From: the human T2T-CHM13v2.0 reference genome, Homo sapiens
Reading direction: 5' to 3' (one strand)
Assembly: GCF_009914755.1 (NCBI RefSeq)
Contig: NC_060939.1
Length of the DNA stretch: 64,000 nt
In this document: positions 12,868-27,214 of the stretch, piece after piece
Position numbering within the stretch: position 1 is the stretch's first letter
Layout of the letters: each line of letters begins with the position of its first letter
Made by a program: the position numbers and the translations under genes
Notes under the pieces: generated by a model
What the model was told of the DNA's origin: nothing
What the model saw: only the letters and a program-made list of their open reading frames with translations
Database searches by the model: none

Positions 12868-13411
12868 TACAAATAAGATTTTTAAGGCTATTATATTTTA
12901 TACAATTCTTTGGTCTATGTGAATTCTGAAGGTATTCATGCATTGAGGGAAGATTATCTCAGTTTAATGAAAGCAGTTTTTAATTTAAAGTATATTCATT
13001 AAAATTTTTTTTGAAGTTTTTTTCTCTAGTACACAGAAACACACAATAGTATCATGGGTATTTGACCTTAATGTGTTTATGCACAAACTTAGTTATTCAA
13101 ATATTTTCCTATCCCTGAAGAATCTTAATTACTAATAAACAAATTTCTCATGGAAAACAACATATATAACAGAGATGGTTGAGTGATTGAAAGTAAACTG
13201 TAGTAAATACCAGAAGCTTAGAACAAGTTAAGTAAACTTGTCTGAGTTAATAGCAATTACAAGACTTTTAAAATACATTGGACCACGGGGGAGTAGTGCA
13301 TTTGTGGGGTAGAGGACAACATGGTACTGCTTCAGTGAAGAAAGAACTATTACACCTTATTACAATTTGTATTATTATTTACATTCTAATAAATAAAAAC
13401 TTTATTTTCAG

Positions 13412-13668
13412 ATATTTTACATCATGTTTCTACTAGTTGAACCATCAATAGTAAGACTTTTCAAAGATTTGGGAAGTTGTGAGTTGATGATAAATATCTG
13501 TATCACCATCAGTGATCAAAAATCAGACAGCAACTACCATAGATTTTGGACATGCGAACTTCATAGTTAAAGAAAGGATTAATCTTGGAGCTGTGTTTCT
13601 ATCAAGGAATTACACTCTTCATTACCTGTGTGAATCGCAGTTATTAGAGTAGAAAGAGAGCAAAGAAG
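13412..13668 (+). pseudogene. Fossil CCDC144/ANKRD26-type exon inside the ANKRD20A intron
   Basis: Translation VDDK/SVSPSVIKNQTATTIDFGHANFIVKERINLGAVFLSRNYTLHYLCESQLLE*KESKE parallels recalled CCDC144A VDDKCPSVSPSMPENQSAT..LLSGNDTLHDLCQSQLPENKESKE; ttttcag acceptor, donor decayed. Confidence 0.7.
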
Positions 13669-14635
13669 GGAAAGAAGCATAGAAAATTTTATTCTAGATT
13701 ACCTCGTTTGGCTTCATGCTACCATAGTTCTGACTTTTAAAGAGTCATTTTGTGGTCAAATATACTTTGTGTTCACTCCCCTTATGCAGCCTACAACCAA
13801 ACAGAATGGTTCTTAGCAAGGCATTTGTATTCTTCCCTTAAGGAAAGCAACATATAAATAAGAAAGGGAATGAGAAGAAAGAGTGATTTCATTGAGGTTG
13901 GTATTTAACATAAATTTGAGTGCAGGTACCATGATTATATTTAGAATTTTGTGGCTGGATGGGAAAACCAGCTAGATGTCTATAGATTTCCTACTCAAAC
14001 ACAATGTGCCTTTGTTTTACTTTTACGTCTCTAATTTAGCAATTATTAGGTACAACTGTATGCAGTGTCACTAAAAATACCTCCCAAAACCAAATATTAA
14101 ATAATGTCTATGGCTTTCTGTTTTATAGTGTTGATTTTCCCAATATTAATGGGAACCACTGAGCATTTGCCTTGTGGTGTCTCCTCAGCTGTATTCACAT
14201 ATTCCATCACCTTTTCTTAATGGATAATCACGCACTATGAGTAAGGGTTTTCAGAAAAGCTGTGTCATTTAAAGATAACACAGGAGCATCAAATTTAATT
14301 CTGCTAGGACGCCTGGTCTACTGATTAACTGCAGCTAATATGAGGTCTACTTCACATCCAAGTTAAATTCAGTGCCCTTAATCAGTCATATGATGAGGTC
14401 AACAGTAATAAATTATGCAATATTTTTTCACCCACCCCTATAGTTTTAATTTCTTTTTCCCCTTATGTCTGTGTTTAACATTTTGCTTTGCAAAACATGA
14501 TGATAATCTTCTAGAGTAGTGAGGACAAGCTATAAATCCAAAGTTTCTTACCTATGCAAATGACTTGTTTGCTCTATTTTCTCATGAGCTTGGTAGATCC
14601 AGGGAACAGAACTTTTAAAACAAAATCCCCATATG

Positions 14636-15138
<503 letters not shown>

Positions 15139-15405
15139 TTATTCAATAGAAATTCATTCTTATAATGGCCACTGATACCTATATCCTAAATATTTCTGAA
15201 AACATCTCCTCAGGCCTGCATCATCTTTGCAACATTGCCTTATATTTTATCTTTGTTCATTGATTTATATGCCTCAGAATTTTATGCTCCTCACAGTATT
15301 TAGAGTGAATTATCCCTAATGCAAATAGATCCGTGAATCACTCCTGAATACCTAATGTCTAAGCATCTTAAAGGTTTATATAAGGATTTCAGAAACTGAC
15401 TTCTG

Positions 15406-15705
15406 GGTTGGGCACGGTGGCTCATGTCTGTGATCCCAGCACTTTGGGAGGCTGAGGCAAGTGGATCATTTGAGATCAGGAGTTCAAGACCAGCCTGGCC
15501 AACAAGGTGAAACCCCATCTCTAATAAAATACAAAAATTAGCAGGTGGTAGTGGCACGCGCCTGTAATCTCAGCTACTCAGGAGGCTGAGGTAGAAGAAT
15601 TACTTGAACCTGGGAGGCCGGGTTGCAGTGAGCTGAGATCATGCCACTGCCCTCCAGTCTGGGAGACAGAGTATAACCTTGTCCCAAAAAAGAAAAGAAA
15701 AGGAA
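15406..15705 (+). mobile_element. Alu (AluS-like)
   Basis: Full dimer; flanking GAAACTGA(C/T)TTCTG TSD. Confidence 0.9.
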
Positions 15706-15879
15706 ACTGATTTCTGCCCAAATCTCCATCTGTATCCCTTTCCCCATCTGCCTTTTTCTCTGGAATTACTGAGCTGCTGGTAATGGCCCCCTCACCATTC
15801 CTCTTCTGCAGAGAAATACATACGCTCTTGGAGGCTTCTCTTCCTCTCTTGTTGCTGCCTGGCATGTGCTCACCCTTTC

Positions 15880-16030
15880 CTGCCCTCTGCCTCGCTTAAT
15901 CTGGCTAACCTCACTCTCTAAGTCTCAGCTCATGGATGATCTTTAGGAAAGCCATCCCTGACAGCTTCTATTTTCCTTCCTTATTCCCCAGTGCCTAACA
16001 CTTAGCAGGAACTCAATAAGTAATTATTTA
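15880..16030 (+). mobile_element. L2 3' end remnant
   Basis: CCCAGTGCCTAACACTTAGCAGGAACTCAATAAG resembles the L2 3' terminus. Confidence 0.5.
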
Positions 16031-16247
16031 GCAAAATTAAGACTGCTTATACAAAGATGATTCAAAAGATTATCCTCTACAGTCTAGCAGCAAAGGGGTC
16101 AACATGTAAAGACATGATGTGCAGGTCAGGTGGTAAAGTGACACTAGAAAAATTGACAAGGTACTAAGGGACCCCAACGAAGCAGACACCTGTGTGTGTG
16201 GAGAAAGATACCTAGAATCAAGGAAGATTTCACATAGCATTCTGAGC

Positions 16248-16541
16248 CTTTTTTTTTCCTCTTTTTGGAGACAAGTTCTTACTCTATCACCCAGGATTGG
16301 AGTGCAATGGCATGATTGAGACTCACTGAAACCTCAGACTCCTGGGCTCGAGGGATCTTCTCATCTAAGCTTCTTGAGTAGCGGGGACAACAGGAACATA
16401 TCACCATATGTGTCTAATTTTTTGTAGAGTCAAGGTTACCTATGGTTCCCAGGCTGGTCTTAAACTCTTGGCCTTGAGCGATTCTCCCATTTTGGCCTTC
16501 CAAAGTGCTGGGATTACAGATGTGAGCTATTATGCCCAGCC
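16248..16541 (-). mobile_element. Alu (AluJ-like)
   Basis: Diverged antisense Alu dimer. Confidence 0.85.
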
Positions 16542-17058
16542 TACTTTCTGAGTCTTAAAAGATGAAAATAAATTTTTCAGAATAGCAGGGGAAAACATTT
16601 GTGATGTAAAAAATGGGGTGCACACTAATTGAGGTATAAACAACAATAATTTTGCAAATTATTAGTAACTGCCAACTCAATTAGTGTCTTGTTAAAAAGA
16701 TACTGTTATGAAGTATAATAAAGCATTACGTTGTATATTTTGACTGTATTTCAAATTTCTGTTTTGTTTCCAACAGTTTTGTTGACTTAAGTTGGGTGGA
16801 ACAATTTGTGAGTGACCCTGAGATTTTATATGGCTTGAATCTGGTGATATCTGGTGTCTCCCCAAGTGGTTTGTTGAAGTTTTGGATAATTAGAAGTATT
16901 TCTTACAGAAGTAAATATTTCAGTAAACATTGTTTCATTCAAACTCTCAAAATATAAAATACAAAGAAATGTTATTCTTTATTTATTTTTATAAAGATTA
17001 TAGTCCTTATCTAACTCTTCTTAGTTCATTTGAACTAAATCAATGACTTTGTCAACAG

Positions 17059-17129
17059 AACAAACCTTACCAGTGGCTTTAGAGGAAGAGCAAGAAAGGT
17101 GTGAAAGAAGTGAAAAGAAGCAATCACAG
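17059..17129 (+). pseudogene. ANKRD20A-like exon (71 bp): EQTLPVALEEEQERCERSEKKQSQ
   Basis: caacag acceptor and gtatat donor; overlaps ORF 17043-17246. Confidence 0.88.
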
Positions 17130-18330
17130 GTATATGAAAATTTAAGTTCTTGTTTAATATTAAGGGTTTTTTTTGCTTTACTAACAAAGCATAGTCCAAA
17201 TGACATGACCTTTCAGACTATACCTTTAGAATCCAATAGATCATAATTTTATATTTAATTTTTAAAACATCTTAACCAGTTATGAAACTTAAGATATTCT
17301 TACTATCTCTAGTAACTATTAGTTATTCTAGTAATTCTTAGTATCTCTAGTAATTCATAGCTGTATTTACCCTTAGAATTGAGGCAAGAAATTTTCAGAA
17401 TTATCTTGCTGTTTTATTTATATAACCTTACTCATAATACACAAGGTAACATGAAGTATTGGGTCATATTACTGAGGAATAGAAATTATGAACAGTTTAA
17501 CAACAATGGCCACTGAGTTAAACTAGTGTTAAAGGAGTCATCATTGCCAGTGCTTCAAATGTTGCAGTTTTATATTGCTGGTCACCAGTGCCGAGGTTAA
17601 AGATTTATTCTGTTTTGTGGTCACCAGTTGACTTCTGTGTCTGTGTTCAGGGAGTGAAAGGGGTCATAAAAGTCAATGCAGTTGCCTATTAAGAGAATCC
17701 TACCTTGCAGAATGGGACCTTTGGTGTCAGGGTGTGAACAATAACTTTATTTCAACATAAATACATAGTAAACATTACTGAAATTTAAAAAATCCAAACC
17801 CTATCACTACTGGAACTTAAAATATATTAGAAGTGGATATAAGCAGAAATTCTATCTAGATACATAACACTATCATAGTATATCATTTGAATTAGAATTT
17901 AAAATTTTACTTCTCTTTCTTATTGGTGTTCAGTTTAGCTCTTAATAATTTAGTGTTTGCCTAGTGCTCTAGTTAATCTTCAGAAATAAACATGCACTGT
18001 AGGGGCTCACTCTTTCTGGTATGCTGAGGTAAAGTCTTTGTAAGAGAGGAAGCTTTTATAATACTACCTATCATCTTTGAATTCATTTCTGGTAGATTTT
18101 ACACAAATGCATTAAGTTTAGTCCAAACAGACAGTGAGAGTTCAGCTTGCTGGTTCATGTTTCTGTCCTATGTTAAGCCAAAGTAAATTATTTTTCACTT
18201 TTTAGTTACAATCCCATAATTTAAGAGTAGCAACACATAGATTAAGTTTCACAGTTAAATTTTAATTATTTTCTAATATTTCTTTGTTTATACTTGATTA
18301 AAGCTAATTTTAAAACATGCACTCTGACAG

Positions 18331-19427
18331 AAAAGACATCTGAGAAACAAAACAAGCAAATTTGTTTTCCATTTTGCACCTGCCCCCCACCAAAAAAAGT
18401 CTCAAGAACCAGAACTGGGTAAGAACAGTGATAAAGGGAATCAATCTATATATTCATGACTTTCTTTAAAATTTATTACAAACAAGTTCAAGCTGAATAT
18501 TGGTAAAAGTTCTGAAAACTCCAAAATTACTACTTGCACTGAGGAAGAGCTCCTACATGGTAACTCTAAAGAGGGATGAACAAAAAAGGAGTGCCCTCTA
18601 GTCTGATGAATCATGTCCCTGATTGTGAGGAGAAAAATGTATCTGGAGGGTCTAGCTCTGTGGCAGTCCAGGCAGCGCCTGAACAGAGGAAGCCCATGTC
18701 AAATGTCTTTTTATTCCATTCACACTCCAGGTCCCTGAAATACACTTACCAGTCATCTTCTAAGCTTCATTTAATTTAAAATAAATCAGACTATAAAAAT
18801 GATAACAAACCAGACACACAGCTTGTTTCTAACACAGATGATGGAAATTTTTGTTATGATATAGAAACTGAAAAAGTAAGGAACCCAGTAATTATGATTG
18901 AAATGAAAGATGATTAAGAGTTTGACATGCAAATGGAAAAATATATAAACCCAAATACCACTAATTGGAAATTAGGCATTGGTCTCAGTCTAGAGATCCA
19001 GAAAGCCTTTTTGATTTGTGGTTTACCCACCCCAAAGAAATGAAGCATATGATTCAGATAGAAAGTCACAGTATTTCTGCTGCTACAGATACTTATAAAA
19101 ACAGAAAACCAACACAGTGCTTATTCCAGAAGCCGCTGTATGACAATCCCAGTGTTAATAACTACAAAACCATGAATCTTGAACTATAAAATGCGGGTTA
19201 TTCTTTGCCACATAGTGAGAGAACATCAAAAATATAACTAGAAGACTTACAGCAAGATATTTCAAGGTCACCAAGATATCACATATATACATATGTAACA
19301 AACCTGCACATTGTGCACATGTACCAGAACTTAAAGTATAATAATAGTAAAAAGAATGAGGTAGGCATGTTACAAGTAGAGCTCCTGGCTTTGGAGAAAC
19401 AGAAAGTCCAATTTCAAAAAGACAGAG
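18331..19427 (+). pseudogene. Large fossil CCDC144-type exon, disrupted, with a tiny L1 tail insertion
   Basis: Fragments SQEPELGKN, VPDCEEKN, QSSSKLHL, KVRNPVIMIEMKDD*EFDMQM, NNYK, LEDLQQD, KNEVGMLQVELLALEK follow the order of the recalled CCDC144A large exon; ctgacag acceptor at 18330. Confidence 0.72.
19281..19353 (+). mobile_element. Extremely 5'-truncated L1PA 3' tail (~75 bp)
   Basis: ATACATATGTAACAAACCTGCACATTGTGCACATGTACC..GAACTTAAAGTATAATAATA is the L1PA terminal sequence. Confidence 0.88.
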
Positions 19428-21167
19428 GTTCACTTGCTGCTTCTTTTTTCTCTTTATCAATTATTTGATTTAGTCAAATTTTCTATTCAAGAAAATCTCA
19501 TGTGTACAGTTACAGCGGGGTTTTCTAAATGTGTAATTATGTGTCAAAGTAGATTAGTCCTGCTATCTAAACAATGGTTCTGGAGAATGTTCTCATAATG
19601 TTTCTTCATTAATCAACCTAAGTCTCACTCTCAGTCTTCCAAGTGGCATATGAGCTGGGAAACTAATTCAGCCATATACCACGTGACCTTCTGAATGAGA
19701 TCAACATAAAGAAATTGCTAAAGAAATAAGCTTTAGATTCTAGATTCTTTTTTCTGTATTCATTTAGAGATGAATTACATTTATTTAATGATAGAATGGG
19801 AATACAATGGGAGGGAAGCAATGACTGAGACGAGCCACAAAAACACGTCTAGCCTTGAGAGTTGCAATGAATATTCCCAGCCAAATGAGTCTGTTTAATG
19901 TATTTTCATGCATGTAAGTTCATCTGCTTAGCTCAAACTGTTTGAACTTATAGTTCCATCATGGTTATTTCCAATATTTTGAAAACAAATATATACTTCC
20001 ACATATTTTAAAAAATCACCACTCTAATATTTCTGTTGAATCAGTCCTTACATTATGTTGTTTAATAAAGTATCATAAGTTTTGGCATGTGTGATTTTTA
20101 TCATGTAAGAAGCATAATTTCTTAGATAAAAATTTATCCTTTGATTCTTTAGTAGAAAGTTGAGTTCTGTACATTGTGTCCTAAAGATAGACAAAATCTA
20201 GAGATTTTCTTCTTCAAAGTAAAAGCAGATGAGGCCTTTTTCCACCCTCTGAGGCGTTAAATTGCTTTGCTCAACTTAGACTTTTAATATATCTGACTAA
20301 TTTGATAAATTTATTTGGTAATTTATGTAATTCAGCAATATGGAATTGTATCATGTTATTTGGTGCCATGAAATGCTAGAGAATGCCACCTCAAGAGCTC
20401 TCGATGAAACATTTCATATGTCTTTGTTAGTTTGACTCCCATTTTCAGTAGATAATGGGGCTAAAGTAGATAACTGTACCGTATGTTTTCCACCTATAAA
20501 CTTTTCTGATAATTGAATGTGAAATCTGGGAAGCATGTCGTTTTCCAGAATTCTGCACTGGAAACTCAGCAGTTTCACTCTGCTTCTTGTGTTGTGGCAA
20601 ACTTTGGTTCCCATAGTTCAGGGAGAACTTTCACTTTTTTGATATCCCAGAATTAAAAAAAAAAAGAGATAAAAGGCAGTGGGGAAAAGAATAGCTCAGT
20701 GTAGAAAAGGGAAAACTTCTTTACTGTTCCTGAAGCCCTACAAGGTCACATCCTCTTAATCTGGCTATTTCATGTAAAATCCAGGTGGCAATGACAGAAG
20801 ATATATGTTATGCCTGTGTCTTTTTATTTCTCTGTTTCTGCCAGTCAGATAACATAAATATTTATATCAGATAGCAAAGAGTGGATGGGAATAAAAGCAC
20901 AAAATGGAGAAGAGTCCTTTTTGAAATTTTGGAAAATTCTTCTATTCACTCAAACAGAAATGAGCAGACTTGACAAAAATTTCAATGATAAAATGATGAG
21001 TATCTTATAATTATAATAATTATGTATAATGATAAAATTAAAGTAAGCACAAAATATTTTTATCATTAAAACGGTGATAGTTAACCTGAATCAAGTGAAA
21101 AAATCAGGGAAAAACTTCTTTTTATTGAATAAAATAATAATTATTATTCATATTACTTTTGTTAAAG

Positions 21168-21331
21168 GTCAAAGAAGGAAATAATACAAACAAAAGTGAA
21201 AAAATACAACTATCAGAAAATGTATGTCATAGTACATCTGCTGCTGCTGCTGACAGATTAACCCAACAAAGAAATATTGGGAAAACCTATCCTCAGCCTT
21301 TTACCAAGAAGCTGAAGGAAGAGCATCATAG
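21168..21331 (+). pseudogene. ANKRD20A-like exon (164 bp): VKEGNNTNKSEKIQLSENVCHSTSAAAADRLTQQRNIGKTYPQPFTKKLKEEHHR
   Basis: ttaaag acceptor and gtaagt donor; open frame. Confidence 0.9.
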
Positions 21332-21352
21332 GTAAGTAAGCCTATAGCAGTG

Positions 21353-21712
<360 letters not shown>

Positions 21713-22713
21713 TAAACTAATTCAAAATTGGACTAATATTCCTTATGATTAACAAGTTTTATATTTTTACCAGAGATATTTAGCCCTGCCTGGTAATCAG
21801 AAAAGTGCAAATTAACATAAAATAAGATATATTTTGTAAAGTCATGCTGGTATTGAAAAAGTAATTACTACCATTGGCAAATGTGAGGAAAAAGGCATTC
21901 TCATACACTGTTGGTATATGAAATTGGTAAATTATTTCTGAAGGGTAACTTAGTGCTGTGTATCAAAATTTCAAATAACCTGACATCCCTTTAACTCAAC
22001 AACTCCACTTCTGGGACTAGATTTCACAGGAAAACATAACTTGTGTAAACATACACTTATTAAGGGCATTAATTATATATTACACATAATGAACAATAGC
22101 TTAATAAATACATAAAATATATGTAATAAGAAGGTGAATTGGATGTATTAAGAAAGAATTATAAAAAGTGTGGGGTAACAGATGTTAGACCCTTTAGCCT
22201 AGTTTTAGTTGACAATCATCTGCAGATATAGTTTGTGTGAGAGACATCTTACTCTGTAAATCATTTGGAGAGACACCTGCAATATTTCATAAAGATGAAA
22301 ATTTATTTCTAGTGAACTTATACGCTTGTCAATAAATAGTAACTTTAAAAATTTAGTTGATTGTAAATGACCTTTTCTAATCGGGGAGTAATTATGACTG
22401 TGTGATTTGAAAAGGTAATTTTGAAATTCTAACTATACTGAATTATCTCCAGTATCCTTTTTTATAATATATGCTAGAGTGACTAGTAACAAAAACTTCA
22501 GCAGAATATTCTTTCCTTACTACTTTTCAAGTATATGCATTCTTTTGAAGATGTTGAAGTGAGAGATTAAATATCTGAGAACTAAAAAGGAAAAATAATT
22601 CAGAACACAGAAATTTTATTAGGATGATAAAGAGCATCTGCAGAGGTAGATCACAGGATGAACTCTTTATTTTTTAACAAAATGAGTTTTAAGATAAATG
22701 TCTTTATCTGCAG

Positions 22714-22893
22714 ATGCATCTTAAGATAAGAAAATAAAGAAAAAACAAATGTTAATATGCTGTACAAAAAAATAGAGAAGAATTAGAAAGGAAAGAGAAA
22801 CAACATAAGAAAGAAGTTGAAGCAAAGCAACTTGAACCAACTGTTCAATCACTAGAGATGAAAACAAAGACTGCAAGAAATACTCCAAATCAG
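22714..22893 (+). pseudogene. ANKRD20A-like exon, disabled
   Basis: CILR*ENKEKTNVNMLYKK/REELERKEKQHKKEVEAKQLEPTVQSLEM; TAA at 22727-22729, 1-bp loss in an A-run, donor reads ATAAAT instead of GTAAAT. Confidence 0.87.
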
Positions 22894-23826
22894 ATAAATC
22901 AATCTTTGGTAAAAATTCTATATTTTAAACTATTTTATGAAAGTTTCTTCTAATATTCTCTTGATTTAATATATAATATTTAGGTCTAAAACAAACCAGA
23001 AATGTTATCTCATTTTTAAAAAATGAATGATGCCACTTACAGGTACAATTATTAATATTTATTATAAATCTTGGCATCCACATAAGATATTATTTTATAA
23101 CAAAGAGCTTTTGAAAACAATAATATGCCATAGTATATACTTAGTGATAACCTATTGATAAAGATTCTGTTCCCAGTAAAATTGTTCCTTGTACTTTCCC
23201 CTATTTCATATTGATTACTGTACCTAATATTATAAAGAGGAAACAAATTATTGCAATCACAAATAATCTCATGATATTCTAAGAAGAGCTCTATAAATTT
23301 TATCTTATTTACCATTGGTGTTTTGAAATAAAAGTTTTCTTCCATATGGATATATTTACACCACAGAAGTAACTGTGATATGTCAGAGAACTAGAAGTAG
23401 AGTCAGAAGTCCTGGGGAAAATCCTGTAGCTTGCTTATATTTTTAACATTTCTTTTTCAAAATTGTGATAACTAGATGAGTTCATCAATGAATGTATATA
23501 GGAGTGACTAGTATAATGTCTAGATTTATGATTTAGTAAATGTAATTCTTACGACTGAATATAAAAGTGTTAAAAGAGTCAAATTGAAATAGAATGTTAT
23601 CAGCGAAACAGAACTGTAATAACTCTGGGAAATTTTATCTGTCCAAATACGTGTGAACCAAGGTTCTTACTATAGGGTGGTGTATGGGTTAGATATCAAA
23701 GTGGAAATGCAATTTTTTGATATATTTTAATTTAGTCAAATTTGTTAATGCTTTAATTTATGATTTTCAGTTTGTTGTAATTCAAGGAAAGGCTTTTCCA
23801 ATTCTGAAATTCTCAAAAATTCTCTG

Positions 23827-23828
<2 letters not shown>

Positions 23829-23866
<38 letters not shown>
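23829..23866. repeat. (GT)n microsatellite
   Basis: About 18 GT units. Confidence 0.95.
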
Positions 23867-23868
<2 letters not shown>

Positions 23869-24081
23869 ACTTTTATAAATTCATTGACTTTAAATAAATT
23901 TCTGAACTTTTTGGAATTTATGCTCTATAAGGTTCAAAGTGTTGCTTCAACTTTGTCTCCAGTTGGATATCCACTTACAGTAACCTTTTTAGTGTATGGA
24001 TGTGCAGGTTATTCTTTAACTTCAGAGGTAATCACGATATTTTATTGAGTACTAGCTAAAACTTTCTTTAGTTTTATTTAG

Positions 24082-25047
24082 GATTTTCATAATCATGAAG
24101 AAATGAAAGATCTGATGGATTAAAATTGCATTTTGAATACAGATATTGCTATATTCAGACAGGAAATGTGCACAATGAAAAATGACAACCTGGAAAAAGA
24201 AAATAAATAACTTAAGGAAGTTAAAATTGTTAAAGAAACAAATGCTGTCCTTGAAAAGTATATAAAACTCAATGAGGAATTGATAACAATAACAGCATTC
24301 CGGTATCAACAAGAGCTTAATGATCTCAAAGCTGAGAATACAAGGCTCAGTTCCGGACTGTTGAAGGAAGAAGAAAGCAACAAAAGACTGGAAGCTGAAA
24401 CTGAATCTTATCAGTCTAGACTGGCTGCTTCTATAAGTAAACACAGTGAAAGTGTGAAAACAGAAAGAAACCTAAAACTTGCTTTAGAGAGAACTCAAGA
24501 TGTTTCCGTACAAGTAAAAATGAGTTCTGATATTTCCGAAGTAGAAGAATGAGTTTCTTACTGAACAACTTTCTAAACCACAAATTAAATTCAATACCTT
24601 AAAAGATAAGTTCCGTAAGACAAGAGATACTCTCAGAAAAAAGTCATTGGCTTTAGAAACTGTACATAACAACCTAAGCCAAACACAGCAGCAAATAAAG
24701 GAAATGAAAGAGATGTATGAAAATGCAGAAGCTAAAGAGAATAATTCCACTGGAAAGTGGAGCTGTGTAGAAGAGAGAATATGTCAACTCCAACATGAAA
24801 ATCCGTGCATTGAACAGCAACTAGATGATGTTCATCAGAAAGAGTATCATAAAGAGATAATAACTAATATCCAAAGAAGCTTTATTGAGAGTGGAAAGAC
24901 CTCATGCTAGAAGAGAAAAATAAGAAGGTAATGAATGAATGTGATCATTTAAAAGAAAGTCTCTTTCAATATGAGAGAGAGAAAGCAGAAAGAGTAGTAA
25001 GTATCAAGGAAGATAAATATTTTCAAACTTCTAGAAAGAAAATTTAA
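24082..25047 (+). pseudogene. Large coiled-coil exon, with an ANKRD20A-type terminus (TAA 25045-25047) or an ANKRD18-type donor at 24997
   Basis: DFHNHEEMKDLMD*..TAFRYQQELNDLKAENTRL..ERICQLQHEN..VVSIKEDKYFQTSRKKI*; stops at 24121 and 24208, frameshifts near 24545 and 24897 (ORFs 24280-24552 and 24647-24910). Confidence 0.92.
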
Positions 25048-25089
25048 ACATTTGGTTCTGGATACATGTTGAACTTAGTTGAATATAAA

Positions 25090-25392
25090 AATCAATAGAT
25101 AAAAAGTGTGTTTACCATACTGTATAATTCCATGTACGTGAAGCATCCAGAAAAGATAAACGTATAGGGACAAAAAGTAGATTAATATTTGCAAAGGGCT
25201 GGGACTAGAAGCTGGTAGTGACTGCTAATGGGCATGAGGGATCTTGCAGTGATGGAAATGCTGTAAAGTTGGATTGTAGAGATGGCTGCACAACTCAGTA
25301 AATGGACTAAAAATCTTTTAACTTTAAGTTAAAACAGATACATTCTATAGTATGTAAATTATATTTCAACAAAGCTGTTTTAATAAAAAAAG
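25090..25392 (+). mobile_element. Ancient L1M (L1MB-like) 3' end
   Basis: ATACTGTATAATTCCAT..GACTGCTAATGGGCATGAGGGATC..GATGGCTGCACAACTCAGTAAAT..TGTAAATTATATTTCAACAAAGCTG. Confidence 0.7.
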
Positions 25393-26149
25393 GAAAAATG
25401 TGTTTACTATATCAGCTTAGAAACATGCCTCATTTCTAGGAAATAAAAGGTAGAGATGAGAGATGATTTACTTTGAGAAAAGACATTGTGTCACCTATGA
25501 AATTTTATTAGGCACAGAGTCATATTTTAAGATAGATAGTTCTGTACTGCTGAAATAATTTTAATGACTTTATGTTGCCACATGTTAAGACCATAATGTA
25601 GGTATAAATGGAAATGTTTACACCTGAAATGAGTATTTTCAAATTAAAATTTAATTAAGTGATTTCCTTCGACACTTAATTCTAGACTTCCCAGATGAAC
25701 TGAAGTGTATTGCTGTGTCTTGTAATACCTTGCTTTAAGTAGCTTTTTATGTGTTTTTTTTTTTGGTATATCTTTGTTATTATTCATATTAATTTTAAAA
25801 ATCTGAAAATACTTCAAATTACATATTTTTATGACTACGTAATGTTGTAAAGGCACCTACATGTCATAAAATCATAATTTAGAATGAATGTAATAATTAG
25901 CAAAACTATGTTTGATTTAGTTTTGCCACTGGTATTTATAGTTTACTTTGACTATTTATATTAATAATTAGCTCATAATTTTTATTTCAAGGCTCAATGA
26001 CTATCGTTGGAATATAATTTTGTTCAGTACAAAGATACTTGTAGCTGCCTGTGATTTATGAGTAAGGCATTAGATCCCCATTTTCAGACTGAGGGGTGGC
26101 AGGCTTCACGTACAGTGGGAATGGAGTAATTACAGGAAGGAGTTGTAGG

Positions 26150-26290
26150 AGCTTTGAAGTCAGAGAGGGAGGTAGAGGACTGTTTACCTAGGGCCTCAAA
26201 GGCCATTGGAATTTCACTTTTATCCTGAGATAGGAATCTGTTGGAAGGATTTGAAAAGGTGATTGAATATGTTAGTCACTTTGAGGTTGA
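26150..26290 (-). mobile_element. L2 remnant
   Basis: GGGCCTCAAAGGCCATTGGAATTTCACTTTATCCTGAG..GTTGGAAGGATTTGAA resembles recalled antisense L2. Confidence 0.5.
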
Positions 26291-26432
26291 GTTGAGCTTC
26301 TAAGATGATTGAATGGTGGGATGAACCTGTTGTGTAAGTAAGAGAATACCAATTTGGCAGGGAGTTAAATATTATTAACATAATTTAATAATAAGGCAAT
26401 TTATAAAATCAGTAACAAAAATATTTTCTCAG

Positions 26433-26582
26433 GTGGTTGTGAGACAACTTCAACAAGAAGCGGCTGACAGCCTAAAAAAATTAACTACGTTAGAGTCTCC
26501 ACTGGAAGGTATGTCACATTATCACATTAATTTGGATGAGACACAGGCCCCAAAGAAGAAATTATTTCAAGTGAAAAGTCAA
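26433..26582 (+). pseudogene. ANKRD18-like exon (150 bp): VVVRQLQQEAADSLKKLTTLESPLEGMSHYHINLDETQAPKKKLFQVKSQ
   Basis: ttctcag acceptor and gtgtgt donor; ORF 26433-26621. Confidence 0.88.
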
Positions 26583-27214
26583 GTGTGTATGGAATTTAAC
26601 ATGTCAACTCTTATTCTGTAGCTAGTTGAGTTTATATAACGTGTTTTAGGATACTAATTTTGGCAGAAGCTTGATTTTTTAGTTTCATTACAATGAATTA
26701 TTTCCATTTTACTATCTTTATAATGTACTTATTTTTTTATATTGTGACTTTCATTCTACCATTTTGAAAAACCATTGCATACCTTTTCTGTTACAATATG
26801 TACCCTTGGAAAAGTGGAGAATTATATATCATTCCTCATAGAAAACTGACTTTTTTCCTGTAAAAACAGTATTTTTAAGTAATTTTTGTATTGTTCTGAT
26901 GAGGCAGGCCAGATTAAATCAGAGGAGAATATTTCATGGAAAGTTCCAGAAAGTTGTCTTATTTCTTCACTTTCGTGAATGGACACAGAATCTGTGTCTA
27001 TTTATTTCACAGATTGCAGGTTAACTTGTACAGAAAGGCCATTATACTATTCTTTGAAATGTGCATGTTTTAGGTTAATTTACAAACTATTTGAAAAGTT
27101 AGGCATTTTCTTTATCTTTAATTTAAAATATACTATAAAACTCTAAAAATATTTAGATTTGATATAGCATGTAAGTCAAAAATTGAGAGTTGAGAAAATT
27201 ATCTTGATCCTGCC

